A DNA stretch of 61,690 nt, counting the filler, from Globobulimina sp. (Eukaryota), in NCBI GenBank assembly GCA_003354225.1. It is 22 parts of 22 records of this genome, joined end to end, with 100 filler letters (N's around TTAATTAATTAA, not from the genome) between each part and the next. Parts side by side here need not be neighbours in the genome. Positions count along the whole stretch, not along the records: positions 47,757 to 50,463 come from PIVH01005254.1; positions 50,564 to 53,270 come from PIVH01005255.1; positions 53,371 to 56,077 come from PIVH01005256.1; positions 56,178 to 58,884 come from PIVH01005257.1; positions 58,985 to 61,690 come from PIVH01005258.1; 17 more parts are not named here. One strand, 5' to 3'. Under the pieces are notes generated by a model, which saw nothing but the letters and a program-made list of their open reading frames with translations, did no database searches and had not been told where the DNA came from. A program made the position numbers and the translations under genes. The stretch's first letter is position 1, and each line of letters opens with the position of its first letter. Shown piece by piece: positions 48,927 to 61,437 of this stretch.

Positions 48927-49305
48927 TATGAAGAAGTTGTTCCTAAGAACTAAGTTGAAAGTAAAAAAAAACTTTGCATTTGCATGTTGACTTCGTCTAT
49001 CAAATTGTAGCAACACTTGTTGCCAGCTACTAATTTAATTTAATTTAAACACTTTCTGACTCCAATAAAACAATTATGAATTGTCTACAATCCAAAATTA
49101 CACTCAGATAATAAAAATACATCGCATACGGGAAGAGTGAAACAAATAGTTCCATTATAAAAGATTATTACTGTCACAACTCCGATTATATTCATAATCC
49201 TATTTTTTATACTTGTATCATTCTATTATTATCTTTTACTTTACCTTTCTCCTTTTACCTTATTAAGACATACTACAACACAGTACATAATTAATTAAGT
49301 ATACG

Positions 49306-50235
49306 ATGGCAAAACCATGTGAATACAAAGACAATCAGCAAGCAACAGAATTGAAGAGTGGTTATGCCATTGAAAAACCGCCTGAAATCATACAATATGA
49401 AACTGAGTATGATGAAGTTGATGAAAAGTTGGAAAAATATCTTGCTGAAAAATATCAAGATACGATTAAATCTTTGGAGTTATTTCCAAACGATATCCTC
49501 GTTCGTTATGTATTTGCGTTTAAACGAAGTGGAAAGGATAAATACGATAAAAGAGTACAAAAGACAGAAAAACATTTTTCAGAATATTTAGAGTATCATA
49601 AAAAATCTGAACATTTTTTGTCAACCATATCCGAACAAGGAATGGTTGAATGGGTGGCCAAAGCGGGAATGTATTTTTATGGACATAACAAATATGGACA
49701 TCCTGTGATCTATGCTGATAAAAAAGTGAATGGCAAAAACGCTGATGTGTCCATATGGAAAAATCCAGAAACAGGTTGTGTTGACACAGAAACAATTGAT
49801 CAGTTCATGGCGTGTTTCAGCAAAACATTATTGGCAATAAAAATGAAGAATACAGAGATATCTAAATTAACAGATACCATTGGAATATATAAACATTGTC
49901 TTATCTCTGATTTAGCAGAATTTAGTTGGACACAAATTTTTGATTCCGTTAAGCAACAGATTGTGAAGCATGTGTTGATGGTAATGAAAGAGTTTAGTGT
50001 TGAAATGGCGCATAAGCAGTATATTATCAATGCACCACTCGCATTCGTTGCAACATGGAATCTTATTAAGCCGCTTATGGATCCGGTTACTGTGGCAAAG
50101 ACAGTCATTTTGGGAACAGATTATTTGGATACACTCACAGAAGAGATTGACATTGCTATGATTCCAAAAGAATATGGAGGAAAAGGACAATGGGAAATCA
50201 AAAATGGAGATGTTCCTGAAAACTTTTATGACTGA
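49306..50235 (+). CDS. CRAL-TRIO/Sec14 lipid-binding protein
   Basis: GHNKYGHPVIY, YIINAPLAF..TWNLIKPLMDPVTVAK and IPKEYGG. Confidence 0.92.
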   Translation: MAKPCEYKDNQQATELKSGYAIEKPPEIIQYETEYDEVDEKLEKYLAEKYQDTIKSLELFPNDILVRYVFAFKRSGKDKYDKRVQKTEKHFSEYLEYHKKSEHFLSTISEQGMVEWVAKAGMYFYGHNKYGHPVIYADKKVNGKNADVSIWKNPETGCVDTETIDQFMACFSKTLLAIKMKNTEISKLTDTIGIYKHCLISDLAEFSWTQIFDSVKQQIVKHVLMVMKEFSVEMAHKQYIINAPLAFVATWNLIKPLMDPVTVAKTVILGTDYLDTLTEEIDIAMIPKEYGGKGQWEIKNGDVPENFYD

Positions 50236-50563
50236 GAGGTCCATCAACATGTTTCCTTTAATTTTTTTTTTTCCTTTACTAAATAATAATTTTTTTGATC
50301 ATTGCACTAATGAAGACATGTGCCTATAATACAAATTAAATAATACAATAATATAATAAAAACAAATACAATATTAAATACAAAAAATAATTATGCTTTT
50401 GATATTAACAAATCATTGAATGATGTTGGATGTTGTGTGACCATTAATTCCCAGTCTTTATCCNNNNNNNNNNNNNNNNNNNNNNNNNNNNNNNNNNNNN
50501 NNNNNNNTTAATTAATTAANNNNNNNNNNNNNNNNNNNNNNNNNNNNNNNNNNNNNNNNNNNN

Positions 50564-52069
50564 ATCACATCTAAGTAAAGATTTTGAGCCCCACGGGGAT
50601 TGAAAATCACCTAATAATCCGCAAGTAGTACATCTGTAACACTCCGGTGGTGTCTGTATATTATTAATTATTCGGACATGCATAATGTAAGTATTAAACA
50701 TGGAAAAATACCATGCAAAACATAGACAAACATACCATGGCAAAATAATGCCAATACCAAAGTGGACTGCCAGTTTGGCCCTCCCTTCGAAGACGTATAG
50801 TAACCACACACGGAGGCGTTGCCACGTCATCGTCATCATCGATATACAAAGTAATAGTACGGTCCGTAGCTGAGCCTGATAACACAATTTCAAACATCTG
50901 ACCAATACTGGTCGTTCCTGCATTGTACACGGTAAGCCCCGCGGCATTCGGATCCCATACACTCGTCACGCCATCAGCCTCTCTGCCATAATAATTAGTG
51001 TCGGCCCGCGTATCTAAAAACACATAATACGTATCCGGCCCTTCATACAACGCGATTGTGACATAGTGGAGTCCGGTCACTTGGGTGTTGAAGGGATAAA
51101 ATGTGCCAATCACACTAAAGGGCTGATTCACTCTATCATTGGTATCGCACGAAGTGGACAAATAATATTGCCGCTCCTCTTCAGGCACATTGGACGGCCC
51201 TTGGAAGTTATTCGTAGCACCGTTAAATGTCCAAAAATGAGGGTCGCCCGACATCCACGCAGTTTGTCCATTGGTTGCTATCTGACATGGTCTTTTACAA
51301 AGGATCTGCTCCGGTCCCCACACTTGATTTGCCGCAGTCGTGTCGTAGATGGTGCACACTTTCTCGCCGTCGTGATTTTTATCGCCGTCCAACGGCGCCC
51401 AACTATACGACGCGCAGCGAGCGTCACTCGCACATCTTTGCATACATTGCGTAATCGTATCTAAGTCGTAGCGCGTGTCGCATGCTGCTACTCCACAACC
51501 TCCAATATCGGTGTTTAAGCCACCAATTTGATGCGAACCCGATGGGCACCGTAACAATCGACACATGATTTGTTGTCCATGGCCCCAGAGTTGATTTGGT
51601 ACATCAGAATTGTACAAAGTGCAGACACTTTTGCCCGGATGATTTGTGTCGTCATCCATCGGTGCTGTATATATATAGATATATAGAAATGTGCTTCATC
51701 GTTTGTATACATGTACTTCGTGCTCGTGCATACCCCATGTGAATGATACACAATCTTTTCTGGCCTCGCAGCCAGCCGCGCACTCTGCAATACTTGCATA
51801 GTTATCCTGGTATCTGGCCTCACAGCCTTCTAATCCACAGCCACCAATATCGGATCTTAAAACACCAACACTTTCGGTTTTGAGAGGACAGGACGCTGCT
51901 GACGAAAATGATGCTAAATTGGCGGATTTTATGAAATGATGCTAAGGTGGACAGATATCTGAAGGAACAGATGGGAACAGATGGAAACTGGGGAACATAT
52001 AAACATTGGAAACATGTATATTTTACCTTGGCCGGCTAATGCTAATAATAACAACACGGCTTCCATCAT
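50564..52069 (-). CDS. Secreted protein with two tandem PAN/apple-like Cys modules and a von Willebrand type D-like domain; 3'-truncated
   Basis: Signal-peptide exon MMEAVLLLLALAGQ, duplicated DIGGCG..C..RY...C...C...C.S..WAP.D.D.NH.G..VCT.Y module, then SGDPHFWTFNG. Confidence 0.7.
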
Positions 52070-52327
52070 TAACCTACTTTGGTTTAGAATAACCGTATGT
52101 TTTTTTTTTTTAAATTTGCGGTCCTCGAAGGATAGAAAAGGCAGAAGGTTTTGAGTAAGGTTTTGTTTTGAAGAAACTCAAACTTACATGAAATCATCAC
52201 AGATCCGGAAAAAAGAGTGCGTGTTGATTGGTGACATTTGCATTTGGTGTTTCAAGGAGCAACCTGGTCATCGCAAATCAACACATTTTTGTAAATTGTA
52301 AAAATTAATGATCCGAAAATAAATATA

Positions 52328-53270
52328 CTAACAACGTTCAAATACTTTATATAATTGTTTGGTGCACGCAATTTGTACAACACTGCCATCATTGCATAAA
52401 AACTTTGGTGGATTAAACGAATACTTTGTACATTTTCTATTCATACTCCTAAATAGAACATGCTGCAAAATCCATCCTAAATCATCCTTATTATTAACAT
52501 TATCTGTTTTGTTGAAGTATCCTCCAAATCTTTTCTTTTTCGTCTCCTTTGTTTCAGCCAATTTAAAGTAAAATTGCGACGGTCGAATTTGGTAAAACCT
52601 TGCAATTTCCATCGAGATTTGTTTAAATAAACTGCTATCAAACACAATCTCATTTGTATCGCTGTCATCCTCTGCTTTAAACCATGTAATCTCTGTCACC
52701 AAACGGAACAAAAACATTGGCAAATATAACAGTCCCGGGATATATCCATCAATTAAACACGGAATGGACTGAATTGTTTTGTTTTCAATGTCAATTTCTA
52801 TGCTAAAATAGTCAAATAATAGTTTTGCAATCGATGGTTGACACAATGTGTCTGTCACTGACTGCGCAATCTCTTCTTTTGAGCCAGCCACATTCTCATT
52901 CTGTCGAAAATCGCTCTCTTCCAACTCCAATGCCAACATTATCAAATCGTATATGGTTGGAATGGAACCCGATGGATTGGCAATTAATTTGTAAATACAG
53001 CGGAATTTACCAATGTTTTTCACACAAATTTCAAAAAAATATACCCGAGATATCCGATGGATATTACAGAGGAATAATTTCGTGTCGTATTGAAACACCA
53101 CCCTTTCGAATGTATCATTATCGACACAACCGACATAGACATTTTCTTCAAATAGTTTTTTCAAATTTGGATCCGAATTCTCATCGATCATCGATATTAA
53201 TTCATTCATACATTCGGGAGCTTTAATCACTTTCTTTTGAATTTCCTTTTTTGCTAAAAAAGTAATTGCA
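52328..53270 (-). CDS. MLH1: DNA mismatch repair / crossover protein MLH1, C-terminal domain (5'-truncated)
   Basis: Ends in the diagnostic LYKVFERC*; YVGCVD, QYDTKLFL, DYFSIEID and LPMFLFRLVTEITW. Confidence 0.95.
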
Positions 53271-53370
53271 NNNNNNNNNNNNNNNNNNNNNNNNNNNNNN
53301 NNNNNNNNNNNNNNTTAATTAATTAANNNNNNNNNNNNNNNNNNNNNNNNNNNNNNNNNNNNNNNNNNNN

Positions 53371-53489
53371 CGATCTGTGGAGGAAATATGGGGGTTTTAT
53401 GTTGGAAATAATTCGAATTCGGATGAACCATTTGATATAACTTTGTTTGATGATGACGAATTGCAAAATAATCATAATAAGAAGCGTAG
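53371..53489. repeat. 119-bp exact terminal direct repeat (second copy 55959-56077)
   Basis: The contig starts and ends with the identical CGATCTGTGGAGG...GAAGCGTAG. Confidence 0.97.
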
Positions 53490-53655
53490 CTTAATAATGG
53501 CGGAAGATGATAATTCGAACAACAATAATCATAACACAAATAATTCGTCTTCTCGTAAAAAACAACGTGTCCGTTAATTTGTAACATTATAGACATTTTT
53601 GCTTTTTCCAATATTTATTCAAAATAACGCACTTTCCCCGATCCTTTCGAGCAAC

Positions 53656-53806
53656 ATTTAACTTTTTTGGCTTAGCTTCGTTTCGGTTCATTTCAACGAT
53701 TATAAAAGAGTGGTTAGGTCATCGAATACTAGGTTGAAAACTAGCTACAAAAACTTTGCTAATCGTTGAAATGAAATGAAACGAAACTAAGCCAAAAAAG
53801 TTAAAT
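53656..53806. repeat. 151-bp palindrome: 47-bp arms (44/47 complementary), 57-bp spacer
   Basis: ATTTAACTTTTTTGGCTTAG...CAACGATTA (53656-53702) versus TAATCGTTG...CTAAGCCAAAAAAGTTAAAT (53760-53806). Confidence 0.95.
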
Positions 53807-54014
53807 CTTATTCTGCACACTTCACGTATTGATCAAAAAACAATGCATTATCGACAACGAAAATTACAAAAAGAATTAAATTATTTAGCACATTTTCTAG
53901 AACTCACTAATGCATGAACCGCGCAGCCGGCTATATAGTACTTAAATTAAAGTTTTCTGTAAATATCTTCTATCTTCTATGTGAAATTATATCAGTTAAC
54001 TGTCAAAAGTGATC

Positions 54015-56077
54015 ATGGCAGGTTCAACTGGTACATTTAAATGGAAAATCGAGTCTAGATTATTAACCAAAATATTAAATGCTAAAAATGGTGATGAATG
54101 GCCAAGTGATACATTTACAATATCAAATTTACAATTTACACTGGATGTGTCTGCAAATACTGATGGAGCAAAGAACTCATTCCAATGCTTTGTAACATTA
54201 AAACCATGGCCATCTGGGACAGAATCGATTGTATTATGTGTATCACAATTTTGTAAAGAAACCATGATGAGCCATACCTTCATTGACACATTCACTGAAA
54301 ATGATAATAGTTTGGGATTGCCTGACAATAAATTATTAATGTCAGAATTAAATAAAAATATGAAATCTTTGACCATTGGCGCCCGCATTAATATATTAGC
54401 AATAAATTATAAACAATCATCATTATATTTCAATAAAATATTAAGTAATATCAATAATAAATATAGATGGTTCAATAAATATAAATTATATATTTCCTGG
54501 AATATCAATAATAAATTATTAACACAATGGAAATGTGCTCATATTGGAAAATCTTTTGAAAGTGAAACATTTGATAATCAGTGGGTGATTACGTGTTATC
54601 CTAATGGAGAGAATGAAGATTGTGAAGGATTTTTGAGTGCATATATTCAATTATGTGGATTACCAACAACCATAAAACAAATCAAAGTAAAGTATAAAAT
54701 AAAATGTATACAAACAAATGACGAATGGGGTGATACTGCAGATTTTAGTTACGATATCACGTATGACGGCACCGTGAAATTTATGAAATCCACAAAAATG
54801 AACGCCTACTCATCATTGAAATTGATAGCAACCATTGATATCATAGAAGCAAAGAGGAACATTAATCAAATTAATCAACAAACAAATATTTTGAATGCAA
54901 AAATTGTGTCATTAACAAAAGATATATCACATTTACAAAGAGATACTGATGAAGTGAGAAAACAAAATAAATCACAGATAGAGTTATTGAAAAATGAGAA
55001 TAAGAAATTAAAACAAAATATAAAAACATTACTGAGACTGCAACAGAATGATAAGAATGATATCGATGAACTGAGAAAAGAAAATAATTCATTGACAAAA
55101 GAAAATAACAAAGTTCGGTTTGTAGCGGCAACATTAAAGCGCATTGCCCAACATTTACAACCAGCTCGTCTCAGTGATATTGAATGGACAAAAACATTCT
55201 CATTCAAACAACTGACAATCAGATCTTTGTCAGTTCAAACATATCGTATTAAAATTCAACAACAAGCAAAATATGCAAAGTTACAACGCGGACAATATTG
55301 TGTTGAAAATAATCCATATGACAATTATAAATATATGCAAACAGAGGACACTTTAAAATTAATCAACAAATTCGTTGAACGCAATCATATCGGAAATGCA
55401 AATCCAAACATTGAATATAAAAAAAATAAATGTTTATCGATGGAAAAGATATTATCGACGAGGAACATTAAAGAATGTAAACATTTGCCTTTATTGATTG
55501 GTCAAAGAGAAACGTATACAAACGTTAATATTGGTAACGGTGTTATAATTGGACAGTATGTTGGTTCTGAATTATTACAAGAAGAGTATCTTAATATTTA
55601 TAATGGAACCACGGATGAATTGGACCATTTAACTTTTATGCATAGTGATATATTGACATTGGCGAATGGTGAAACTGTTGAGATTTATATTGATGCATTT
55701 GCAGCGAATAAAAGCTCGCCTTTATTGTATATAAATGATGGGAGGAAAGATATGCGGAATAAAGATAAACTATCATCAGATGAAAAAAGAATTAATACGG
55801 AGTTTGTAATGGTTTTAGTGAATGGATGGCCGATGATATTGATAAGGACAACAAAAAAGATTAAGAAAGATGCTTCGTTATGGATCCATTATGGTGATCG
55901 ATATGGGTTGGTATTGGATGAAAAGGCATTGATTTATGATCAAAGAAAGAAAGCAATGCGATCTGTGGAGGAAATATGGGGGTTTTATGTTGGAAATAAT
56001 TCGAATTCGGATGAACCATTTGATATAACTTTGTTTGATGATGACGAATTGCAAAATAATCATAATAAGAAGCGTAG
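54015..56077 (+). CDS. Intronless MATH-MATH-coiled-coil-SET domain protein; continues through the terminal repeat to the stop at 53577 (716 aa in total)
   Basis: MATH-like FKWKI...SDTF and ISWNI...SETF..QWVITCYPNG; SET-like IGQYVG, YIDA, LYIND, LWIHYG. The frame is conserved across the overlap. Confidence 0.8.
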
Positions 56078-56177
56078 NNNNNNNNNNNNNNNNNNNNNNN
56101 NNNNNNNNNNNNNNNNNNNNNTTAATTAATTAANNNNNNNNNNNNNNNNNNNNNNNNNNNNNNNNNNNNNNNNNNNN

Positions 56178-57774
56178 TGATATCCGATACAAACCCATTC
56201 CCGAAATTGTAACATTTTAAAACAATTTTTAGCGAATTGTTGCATATCGGCTTCGGGGCCAACAGTATTTTTTATATTTTTTGATTGTTTGTCTTTGTTA
56301 ATTGATAATGGAAACCAATGCTGATTTGGTGGCACGTTGAATGTTTTTGGTTTTATACAGTCGATCCCATTGGTTTTAATATATTGGCTGCCATTTAATT
56401 TAAGTCTTTTCCTTCAATTATTATCAATATTTGTAGTTGCCTCAACTTTTATTTTTTTCGTATTATCATTAATATGAATATGAATATCCATATCACTGTA
56501 ATCGCTTTGTGACGGTTTATAATCATCGTCATCGTCATCGCATTTATGTTTTCTTTTTGATTTATTTTTTTTGCGTTTTTTATGTCCTTTTCCCGATTTA
56601 CTTTTGCTTTTACTCTTATTTCGATGATGCATTTTATGATAACCATTGTTGAGATTATTATTGTTGTCATTGTCATTGTCATTATAATAGGTTTTGTTTT
56701 TTGTGCGCCGCTTTTTTGAAGTATCTTGTTTTTGTGTTTGTATTTGTTGTTTTTTTGCATTATTTTTAGAAATTTCTAGAAATTTCAGACATACGCTGTG
56801 AGTTTAATTTTTCGGGCGATTTGGATTTGACAACAATTTTGCTCGACGTACATTGATAAACCTCGCATAAATGTGGTAATTTTTCAACATTGGCTTGTAT
56901 CACGACATGGAAGCCCTGGTTTTTATGATTTTGTGAGACGTCGTTTATTCGAAATTTAACAATACATTGACCCGATAAACTGGTTATTTTTGGTGAGGTA
57001 CAGTCTTCGTGCAATTGCAAATAATGCAATGGAGGACGCGATTTTGTATTGCAGTCATCTTTTCTTTTTTTCATTGTGCCACTGATTTCTTTGCCATCCT
57101 CGGTGATTAGTTTGCATTGTAAGGGCACATTTATTTTATTGTTGTTGCTGTTGCTGTTGCTGTTCTTCTTGTTATTGTTCAATGGATTGAACAATTCCAC
57201 CTTTACAGTCATGTGGTTGTTGCGCATTCCACCATCGTCTTTAAAAAATATGCTCGGCGGTCCAGAGGATATACGTAATTGATAGCGGCTAAATATCAAT
57301 AATCAATAATCAATAATCAAATAAACGCAAATTCGCGTTTCTAAAACACAAAAACACAAAAACAAAAAACATTACATACACAACACGAAATGGCCTGGTT
57401 ATAAATGGTTCGATATCGGGTATTTTTGGATTGTTTGAATTGGATTTGAATCTAAATCGTAATGGTTGGTCGTAATAAGGCGGCAATGAATCAAATTTTA
57501 TTGAAAATTCACAATACGAATGTTTAATTTTAAAATCAGTGGAAGCATTGATTATTGTCCATAATTTCTTGTATCGTCTGCTGTTTGTATTACTTTCGCG
57601 AATCACTTTATTTTTACTGTTTAACAATTCAATTGAAACAGGATATGCCTCTTCGTCGCTAGTTACACAATATAACGACGGATGTTGTTTTTTGGGATCT
57701 TTATGATATATACAAATTTTAAATGTCTTTTTTCGAGAAATAAAGATATGATCAGGCCATTTACATTCAGACAT
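56178..57774 (-). CDS. Multi-exon putative DNA-binding protein with two beta-sandwich-like domains and a basic low-complexity tail
   Basis: Exon ORFs 57310-57774, 56766-57299 and 56414-56632; motifs FFKDDGG, FRINDVSQNH and IVVKSK; NLS-like Lys runs. Confidence 0.55.
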
Positions 57775-58032
57775 TTGCAGAAAATATCTATTTATTTTTT
57801 ATCATCAAACAATGTATGGTCAATGGTCAATGGTCAATGGTCAATAATGTAGGTACAAACTTTTCATTTGACATAATGATTCAAAGTGTTTCTTTTCTCT
57901 GACAGTCAGACACATGCAAAACTAGTAAGTATTTGATATTTGATTATTAGTTGAGTGAAGCGAGCTGGTCATCTAACATCTAACAAGTAACTTGACCTCA
58001 ATCCTCCTCTTTGTGTCAGTGCCCGTATCATA

Positions 58033-58884
58033 ATGATAAAGAAAGCAAGTGATGAAGTATCCGATGCAGAGTTATTAGCAGAGATAGAAAATGATGTTTT
58101 GAATGGAACAATCAATGCAAATCTTACAAACAATGAGAACATTCCAATAAATAATAATGAAACCAATATGAATTTAAATGATACAATAAATGGCGCTAAA
58201 ATGGAGTATGAAGGGGCTCAGTTAACAACATTTCAGGACAATATAATTACCACAGGTTCAGATGTCAGTATTTTATTAATGGTTATATTATTAATCCTAT
58301 TTCTAATCCAAATGGTTCGTAAAACATACAATTATTTTACATTACAATCAAAAATACAAAAAGTTGTAAATCCATTGGATGATGCAAAGCCAATGGCGGC
58401 GGAGCATTTAACTCCAATTAATCCAGGATATGATCATAAATCGTATGCAGTGTATAATACAGGTATGATTTGTATGATTTGTATGATTGTGATGATGTGG
58501 CATTAATTAAATTATATATTATTAATTATAATAAATAGAATTTGGAGACAGGAACTTATATTTACAAAAGAGGAATGGCGGGGCACCGGCATCCATTTTG
58601 AAAGAGATATTATTAAAAAGAGCAGTAAAATGCATCGAGAAAGCAAGAGCAATGCAACGCGATGGCGTCGGCATTCGCAAGAATTGGAATATGGATTTAT
58701 TGCCACGTGATGTGTGGGATGATTTTAACGCGGCACAAAGAAACATTCAAGCCGAGATTGAGTGCGTTGTGCAGGAAAACCAAAGACTTCAATTTCAATG
58801 GGGTCCGCCGCATAAAAATAACATATTCTCCAAAGCCAAACAACTTCATCAACAAAAAGTTATTATTCAAAATAAAGTATTTCA
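58033..58884 (+). CDS. Hypothetical single-TM protein (two exons, 3'-truncated)
   Basis: ORFs 58033-58506 and 58598 onward, separated by a GTATGA...AG intron-like stretch. Confidence 0.45.
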
Positions 58885-59053
58885 NNNNNNNNNNNNNNNN
58901 NNNNNNNNNNNNNNNNNNNNNNNNNNNNTTAATTAATTAANNNNNNNNNNNNNNNNNNNNNNNNNNNNNNNNNNNNNNNNNNNNTCTTTTACCAGCTTCT
59001 GCATATTTCGAGCGACGGGCCCTTGCACACCAGCCGGGAAGTAGAACTCAATT

Positions 59054-61231
59054 TTGGTTTTAGCAGCAACTGCGTCGACCGTTCCAAACGTTACGGCCAA
59101 AACAAATGCAATGGTTAGCTTCATTAGATTTATCATTGTGGTCTCCCTTTTCATTGTGAAACAAGTTGGTCTATTTAAACTTCTACCAACAGAGTGTGAT
59201 GTCTGCGACAAGCCTTTTGACAAAACAAGCAAGGAAGACCACATGACGTGGCGAGTTGCTGTCAATGAGGAACTGTCCATTGAACAGTATAAAGCAAGGC
59301 TGCATGCAGCAAAGTTAAAAATTAGTAAACTGGAACAGGAAAATACTGTGTTAAAGAAAAAAGTGCGGCAAATGATGGTCATTTCTACAAAGTCATCGGA
59401 CAAACAGTTGTTGAATAAGTTCGAATCTCTGGTGAAGAATATTGATTTGAAGGCGAATAAAGCTACGACGCCGCGTAGAAAAGGACCAGTTCCGATACAT
59501 ACGAAAGGATGTAAAAAGCATAAAAATAAACGACATAAAAGCAGCTCACTCACAAGAAGCAGCAATAAGAAACAAAATAAGAGACTGAATCGGTCCATGT
59601 CCGTCCAAATCAGTGCTGAATCATTGGTTGGATTGCAAATGGAACACGACATTGCCAATGATGAGGAAGAATATTTATTGAATGCGAGTGATAATTCATT
59701 GGAGAAAGATGCTGAGATATTAAGGTAAACAGTGCGTATTTACTGAATTGTTTTATATGTTTTTGTACATCATATTCGAAACAGAAACAAATGATACAAT
59801 TTTTTATGAATTGCACGTATCTGCAATATACTTTATAACAAAATGAAAAAGAAATTATGTCATTTGTTTCTGTGTTAGTTCTGAATATCATGTACAAATA
59901 CATAAAAATATCACAATTGTTTATAATTAGAATTCAGTAAATACTCTGTGTATAAACTTAATAATTCCGATATATGCTTAAGTTTGAAGGCGAAATTGAG
60001 TGAAATTGAAGAAGAATTAAACAGAGCAGAGAATGCAGAGAGGATGATAACTGACGCAAAGTCTGAATTATATGAAGGACACTTACAACTACGAGAGGAA
60101 TATATAGAATTATCCGACAAATTTGCCACAATGGAACTGGTTAACGACGCCTCGCAAAGTAAAATCGACGCATTGCAAACATTATTAAATGACTCAAAAT
60201 TACGGCAGACCCAAAAACAGCAAGAATTTATATGCAAAGAGAAAATTTATATTGCCAAATGTCAGAAATTAGAAACAGAAATTTCAATGCTAAAAAAGAC
60301 GAATATTAATCGCGGATTGATACATAGCATACGGAGAGCAGCGGGAAACCCAAAAAATAAGAAAGAAGACGACAATAAAATGGACACTAATAATAATGCT
60401 GCGAACATAACGGAAATGTCTTCCAAATTAGTATTCGAATCGGGAGATAATAGGAAAAAACATGAATGGCAGCAATTTGTAAACAAAACCAAAGAACAAC
60501 ACGAAAAACACAAGTTATTACAGAATCGATATAAGAAAATGAGTGAGATATTGAACTGTTATAAAGAGAGAGATGAGACAAACTATGCATTGCGGAAAGC
60601 GTGGGCCAAACACATCAATGCATTGGAAAAGGCACTGTGTCAACAGGACGCAGCCACCCTTCGATGGAGGGAACAGACAAAGACACATCAACAGATATTA
60701 AAGACAGAAGTTGACAGATTGAGGAATAATATTAAGCATTTCCAGCAGTATAAACGCTACGGATATTCATACGCGGCGTCGCATGCGAGCTCACCGTCTG
60801 CGCCGATCACAAATACAAATCAGAATATGAATATTAATAATAATGAGCAGCTGCAGAATGATAATACTTCTGTAACCTCTGCGCCTTCCTATGCATTGCA
60901 ACAAGCACAGATTATTCAGTCTGCGCCTCAGCAATTTGTGCAATCGTATTCGCAGCCAACGTATATACATAGTGGCGGTGGTGCGAGACTAGCAAATCCA
61001 ACCTATGTTATACCAAATTATCGATTAATACAACAGCCAATGCAGGCGATACCACAGACTGTTAATTTTATACCGACACAAATGTCACATCAACCACCAC
61101 CACATCATCAAATTCGAACTGCGCATCATCCGACACCTACATATCTTACATCTTCTGCACAGCACCAACACATACAACAACAACACATACAACAACCACA
61201 ACCACACCAATATAATCTAGATCTGCAATGA
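59054..61231 (+). CDS. Coiled-coil protein with an N-terminal CxxC...H motif and Gln/His/Pro-rich tail; intron 59725-59982; start uncertain
   Basis: Two long ORFs are joined in frame by AG|GTAAAC...TTAAG|T. Confidence 0.65.
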
Positions 61232-61437
61232 ATTGCATGACTATTTCTAATTTTGCATTGTATTTTATCATGGAATTGATTCTTTTTTTTTCCATTTATT
61301 ATTTTATACATTTTTTTTGCTTTGTTGTGTATTGAATTAAAATGGTGAGGGCGGGTTCTATCGAAAATAGTATGGTCGGCTAAAAGTGATACTGCCATAG
61401 TTTTTCTTATCAAAAAAAAACGTTTCTCTGCTCTAAT

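Noticed and set aside
2712-58984. Regularly spaced TTAATTAATTAA motif as a biological repeat or CRISPR-like array
   Set aside because: It is always centred in 88 Ns and is an artificial linker. ORFs ending in X...LIN or X...N are artefacts of it.
58985-59658. 241-aa minus-strand ORF
   Set aside because: It is antisense to a plus-strand exon that splices in frame to the next exon.
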